A stretch of 20,000 nt of DNA. Origin: an uncultured virus (IMG/VR IMGVR_UViG_2724679565_000006). Its lineage: Duplodnaviria > Heunggongvirae > Uroviricota > Caudoviricetes. The notes beneath the pieces were generated by a model. It saw only the letters and a list, made by a program, of their open reading frames with translations, did no database searches and was not told the DNA's origin. Made by a program: the position numbers and the translations under genes. The DNA lies in IMG/VR virus record IMGVR_UViG_2724679565_000006. One strand, given 5' to 3'. Positions 16,960 to 20,000 of the stretch are shown here, one piece after another; position 1 is the stretch's first letter, and each line of letters starts with the position of its first letter.

Positions 16960-16975
16960 GATCTTATCCCCTTTA

Positions 16976-17160
16976 TTATATATCTTCACATTCTTTAAAA
17001 TAATCATATAAAGATTTTTCATTTATTGGTTTTACAAATTGTGAAAATATTTCTCTTCCTTCTGCATATTCTTCTTGAGAAAGGTGTTCTTAGTTATTTT
17101 TGTATTTAAAAAAGATTGTTCATTTTTATTTTTTTCTCTTATAGAATCTAATGTTATCAT
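16976..17160 (-). pseudogene. Small ORF, either 42 aa (stop 17032) or a frameshifted 61-aa gene
   Basis: RBS GAGAGG; MITLDSIREK...; one added A at ACT AA(A) GAA gives KEHLSQEEYAEGREIFSQFVKPINEKSLYDYFKECEDI, ending just before the next RBS. Confidence 0.45.
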
Positions 17161-17227
17161 ACTACCTCTCTCCCCCTTTTTTTTGTTCCATAATATAATC
17201 CTCTTACAATTACTATTCTTAATTATA

Positions 17228-17578
17228 TTATAACTCTAAAACAACTATGTTATCTATATACTCCAATTCAATATCTCCAAAATCATCATTCCAACTAATT
17301 AATCCTAATTTAGAAATTCCAAATATACAATTTTCTATATAATCTTCTCCATCATCAGTATTTAAACAAGCTTGTCCTGTTATTAAAATCTTATATTCAT
17401 TTTCCTCTACTGTAAAATCTTCTATAGCTAATACAATATCCTCTTGTTTTATGTATGTGCCGAATAGATTAATTGTTTTTAGTTTTTCCACTAACCCCTG
17501 AATCATTTCTTCATTCTCTTTTTCATAATTTTTAGCATTATTAATTATTTCTTGTTCCCAGTTTATTTTATTTAACAT
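17228..17578 (-). CDS. Hypothetical acidic protein
   Basis: RBS AGGGAG before ATG 17578; no recognised motif. Confidence 0.7.
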   Translation of the reverse strand: MLNKINWEQEIINNAKNYEKENEEMIQGLVEKLKTINLFGTYIKQEDIVLAIEDFTVEENEYKILITGQACLNTDDGEDYIENCIFGISKLGLISWNDDFGDIELEYIDNIVVLEL

Positions 17579-17649
17579 ACAAAACAACTCCCTATATTAT
17601 AATATTTGCAAGGTTTGGATTAATTGGTTTGTTTTGCCTTACAAATATT

Positions 17650-17678
17650 ATAATACTACCCCTTATCTTGTGTGTCAA
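17650..17678 (-). promoter_or_regulatory. sigmaA-like promoter upstream of the small-ORF array
   Basis: TTGACA-17nt-TATTAT. Confidence 0.6.
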
Positions 17679-17702
17679 TACTTTTATTAATATATTTTTC
17701 CG

Positions 17703-17906
17703 TTACTCTTTTATTAATTTAAAAATATCATCTGTACTTGTCTCTAAAACTTCTGATATTTTTAAGGCAACTTCTAAACTTGTATTGTACTTACCATTTA
17801 TAATATTACTAAGAGTTTTTGAATTAATTCCCACTTGTTCTGCTAACCATACTTGTTTGATTCCTCTATCTTTCAATATTTCTTTTAGATTGTTTTTTAC
17901 TGTCAT
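17703..17906 (-). CDS. XRE-family HTH transcriptional regulator
   Basis: NNLKEILKDRGIKQVWLAEQVGINSKTLSNIINGKYNTSLEVALKISEVL; RBS GGAGGG. Confidence 0.9.
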   Translation of the reverse strand: MTVKNNLKEILKDRGIKQVWLAEQVGINSKTLSNIINGKYNTSLEVALKISEVLETSTDDIFKLIKE

Positions 17907-17989
17907 TTATTAAATCCCTCCATATATTTTTATATGAGTTTTATGAGATTATTGTACCATATTTACTCATGAAATTTGATTTAAATTAA

Positions 17990-18021
17990 AAATGACATAT
18001 ATTGGAAACTATATGTCATTT
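17990..18021. terminator. Hairpin downstream of the lipoprotein gene
   Basis: AAATGACATAT/ATATGTCATTT inverted repeat. Confidence 0.5.
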
Positions 18022-18038
18022 CGTTTAAATTATAATAC

Positions 18039-18401
18039 TTATTTAAGATATATATCATCGGTTTTTATTTTTCTATTCTCACCTTCACCTTCAATTCTAA
18101 CAGTACAATGCCAATCCCAACGAATCTTAGCACCAAAACTATTTTCTGAATCCACATATCCAGAAACTTCATACTTATCGCCACCTAAGTCTTGTACCAA
18201 TTTTTCATCAAATTCTTGAAATTTAGCTGTTGAAGGAGATGTTAATTTTTGTTCTACTAAGCCTGTAGTAGCTTTATAGACATCGAATTTATAATGCCTA
18301 GCTTTATCCTCTTCTGATTCACTACACCCAACAAATAATCCTAAGCATAAAATAAAACTTAAACATAATAAGACCATTTTAAAAAACTTTTTCTTTTTCA
18401 C
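18039..18401 (-). CDS. Lipoprotein of unknown function
   Basis: RBS GGAGG, GTG start at 18401; basic N-terminus, hydrophobic core, lipobox FVGC; L.SPSTAKF...V.GYVDSENSFGA motif. Confidence 0.8.
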   Translation of the reverse strand: MKKKKFFKMVLLCLSFILCLGLFVGCSESEEDKARHYKFDVYKATTGLVEQKLTSPSTAKFQEFDEKLVQDLGGDKYEVSGYVDSENSFGAKIRWDWHCTVRIEGEGENRKIKTDDIYLK

Positions 18402-18550
18402 AATAATACCTCCAATATACAAATAATTCCATATATAATTTTTAATATATATGTATATTTTATACCAATTTGATAATATTGCCAACCTCGAAAAAGTTCT
18501 TTATATAAAACAATATTATCAAATTATTTTATATTTGTCAAATATTATTT

Positions 18551-18592
18551 TGCAAAATAAAAAACTCCTAACTTTTATTGATTAGAAGTTTT
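18551..18592 (-). terminator. Intrinsic terminator, similar to the one at 13710-13750
   Basis: AACUUCUAAU/GUUAGGAGUU stem followed by UUUUAUUUUGCA. Confidence 0.6.
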
Positions 18593-18810
18593 TATATAAT
18601 ACTATTAAAATATTCTTGTGTTACACCTAATTGGTCTTTCAATATATGCCTCCATAACTAATGTTTGATTTCTCCAGACCCTCGTGATACTTTAGTTTTT
18701 CTTATATTCCCATTTGAATCTTTTTTTCTATAATAATAATGGTTAGTATCTTTATATAGCTCCCATCCTTCTCTATCACAAAATCTTTTTAGTTCTTTGC
18801 ACTTCGGCAT
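18592..18810 (-). pseudogene. HicA-like toxin interrupted by an in-frame TAG at codon 51 (18660-18658)
   Basis: MPKCKELKRFCDREGWELYKDTNHYYYRK...TKVSRGSGEIKH*LWRHILKDQLGVTQEYFNSII; overlaps the upstream antitoxin-like gene. Confidence 0.75.
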
Positions 18811-19097
18811 TTTATGATTTCCTTTATTTTGTCTTCTTTCGTATTTTTAAACAGCTCTGAAAGAAATTGAACTTGAGATTTTCTTCTACTATCTGTACTC
18901 CAATAATCAGGTTCAGCTATATAATCGTCAATATAATCTTTTAATTCCTTAACTATTTCAGAAATAGCATCATTATAATTATTTGCATTTACTACAATAT
19001 CAAATTTTTCTAAAGAAAGTGTTACACTTCCATCATCCTCAATATATTTAATACAATTAAGAGACGTGTTATTATCTATATTCATAACCTTTTTCAC
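18789..19097 (-). CDS. HicB-like antitoxin candidate
   Basis: EDDGSVTLSLEKFDIVVNANNYNDAISEIVKELKDYIDDY pattern; coupled to the HicA-like ORF. Confidence 0.65.
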   Translation of the reverse strand: MKKVMNIDNNTSLNCIKYIEDDGSVTLSLEKFDIVVNANNYNDAISEIVKELKDYIDDYIAEPDYWSTDSRRKSQVQFLSELFKNTKEDKIKEIIKCRSAKN

Positions 19098-19355
19098 TCC
19101 TAATAGAATTTATGAAAATTTTAAAAATCTTTCTAACAAATTATTTTATTGTTCAATTCAATTAACGGTGTGCATTAGATTATTCCCTCTAATGAAGGTA
19201 CATACTAACTCATATTAATACAGTATATTCCTGAGTATTGATAAGATTAGACACCACACTAATCTTAGAAAATAATTTCATATACTATCATTTTATATTT
19301 GTTACAGCTTTATTGTTACTTTAAATCATGTAATAATCAATGGAATATTATTTTA

Positions 19356-19880
19356 TTATTCTTTAGTTACCGCAACTTGTTCTTCAGTAATATCATGTGC
19401 CAATTCAGCTATTAAATAAGATTTTATATCTGTTATATGTTGTCTAAAATAATTATTCTTATTATCTTCAAAAGATAAAATTCTTGATAATTTATATTCC
19501 AATTCAGCTATCATTTTTTTATTTTTAATAATAACAATTTTTTCATCAAACCCAATATAATCCCTTTCTATGTACTTTTCAGTTATAGGAATAACATCAC
19601 TAATGAAAAAGATTGATTTTAAGTTTGTCCTACCTACATGATAGAAACAAGACCTTATGTCTCTTTTAGGATAGCTTAGATATTTTTCTATTCTACTTTT
19701 CGCTTTTTCGTCTCTATGATTCCAATTTCCTACTGGTATAGCCCAATATAAGCCATTAACTTTATTTGACTCAATTAAACATATAATAGGACGTTCTTTT
19801 GAATCGTTCCATACTCCACCACATTTTTTAATTCTCTCATATATATCTTTTTTAGCGAAATACATTGCCTTTTCTTCCAT
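19356..19880 (-). CDS. Type III toxin, CptN-like endoribonuclease (174 aa)
   Basis: RBS GGAGAGGG before ATG 19880; KERPIICLIE...LYWAIPVG...FFISDVIPITEKYIERDY; preceded by repeats and a terminator. Confidence 0.8.
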   Translation of the reverse strand: MEEKAMYFAKKDIYERIKKCGGVWNDSKERPIICLIESNKVNGLYWAIPVGNWNHRDEKAKSRIEKYLSYPKRDIRSCFYHVGRTNLKSIFFISDVIPITEKYIERDYIGFDEKIVIIKNKKMIAELEYKLSRILSFEDNKNNYFRQHITDIKSYLIAELAHDITEEQVAVTKE

Positions 19881-19896
19881 AATTCCCTCTCCAATG

Positions 19897-19923
19897 AAAA
19901 AGAACCTATAAAACAGGTTCTTT
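19897..19923 (-). terminator. Terminator between the antitoxin RNA repeats and the toxin gene
   Basis: AAAGAACCU...AGGUUCUUUUU. Confidence 0.8.
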
Positions 19924-19924
19924 C

Positions 19925-20000
19925 CAACAATGTTTCTTTGTCGCACATTGTGAAGCGTATTTGTATCAACAATGTTTCTTTGTCGCACATTGTGAAGCGT
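19925..20000 (-). ncRNA. Type III antitoxin RNA (CptI-like) tandem repeats, 42-nt period, truncated by the window edge
   Basis: ACGCTTCACAATGTGCGACAAAGAAACATTGTTG repeated (19925-19958, 19967-20000); H-type pseudoknot possible (CGC/GCG and ACAAUGU/ACAUUGU). Confidence 0.8.

Noticed and set aside
17107..17113. T TTT TTA programmed -1 frameshift site
   Set aside because: The -1 frame hits TAA within five codons, before the plausible downstream segment
7748..18219. Plus-strand ORFs 7748-7930, 10436-10636, 12324-12536, 16418-16603, 17629-17913, 17992-18219
   Set aside because: Antisense to better-supported minus-strand genes
18658..18660. TAG recoding (alternative genetic code)
   Set aside because: Single instance; the long genes read through without internal TAG codons
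19775..19990. 71-aa ORF and the N-terminal extension of the 210-aa ORF
   Set aside because: Translations of the RNA repeats and terminator; a good RBS precedes ATG 19880
19925..20000. CRISPR array
   Set aside because: Only an 8-nt gap between repeats, no unique spacers and no cas genes; the layout fits a type III antitoxin

Overview
An AT-rich, Clostridium-like prophage or phage tail region (SPbeta-like gene order), with almost all genes on the minus strand. The five apparent ORF fragments between 1396 and 13591 are exons of one tape measure protein of about 2413 aa, carrying NlpC/P60, lytic transglycosylase and three cell-wall-binding-like repeats. Four group I introns interrupt it, all in phase 0. 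Two are ORF-less (335 and 371 nt). Two carry an apparently catalytically intact TnpB plus a divergent small DNA-binding gene but no TnpA. One of these is a CdISt1-like IS605 IStron (TTGAT|...TCAG). The other looks like an ordinary ~404-nt intron with an IS607-like TnpB module inserted exactly at its 3' splice site. Downstream lies an enlarged distal tail protein that runs off the window. Upstream (13.8-20 kb) is a toxin-antitoxin-rich accessory block: a GNAT TA pair, an array of about 10 small paralogous antitoxin-like peptides, an XRE regulator, a lipoprotein, a HicAB-like pair with a nonsense-disrupted toxin, and a type III CptIN-like locus. All calls come from manual reading; no database searches were run.
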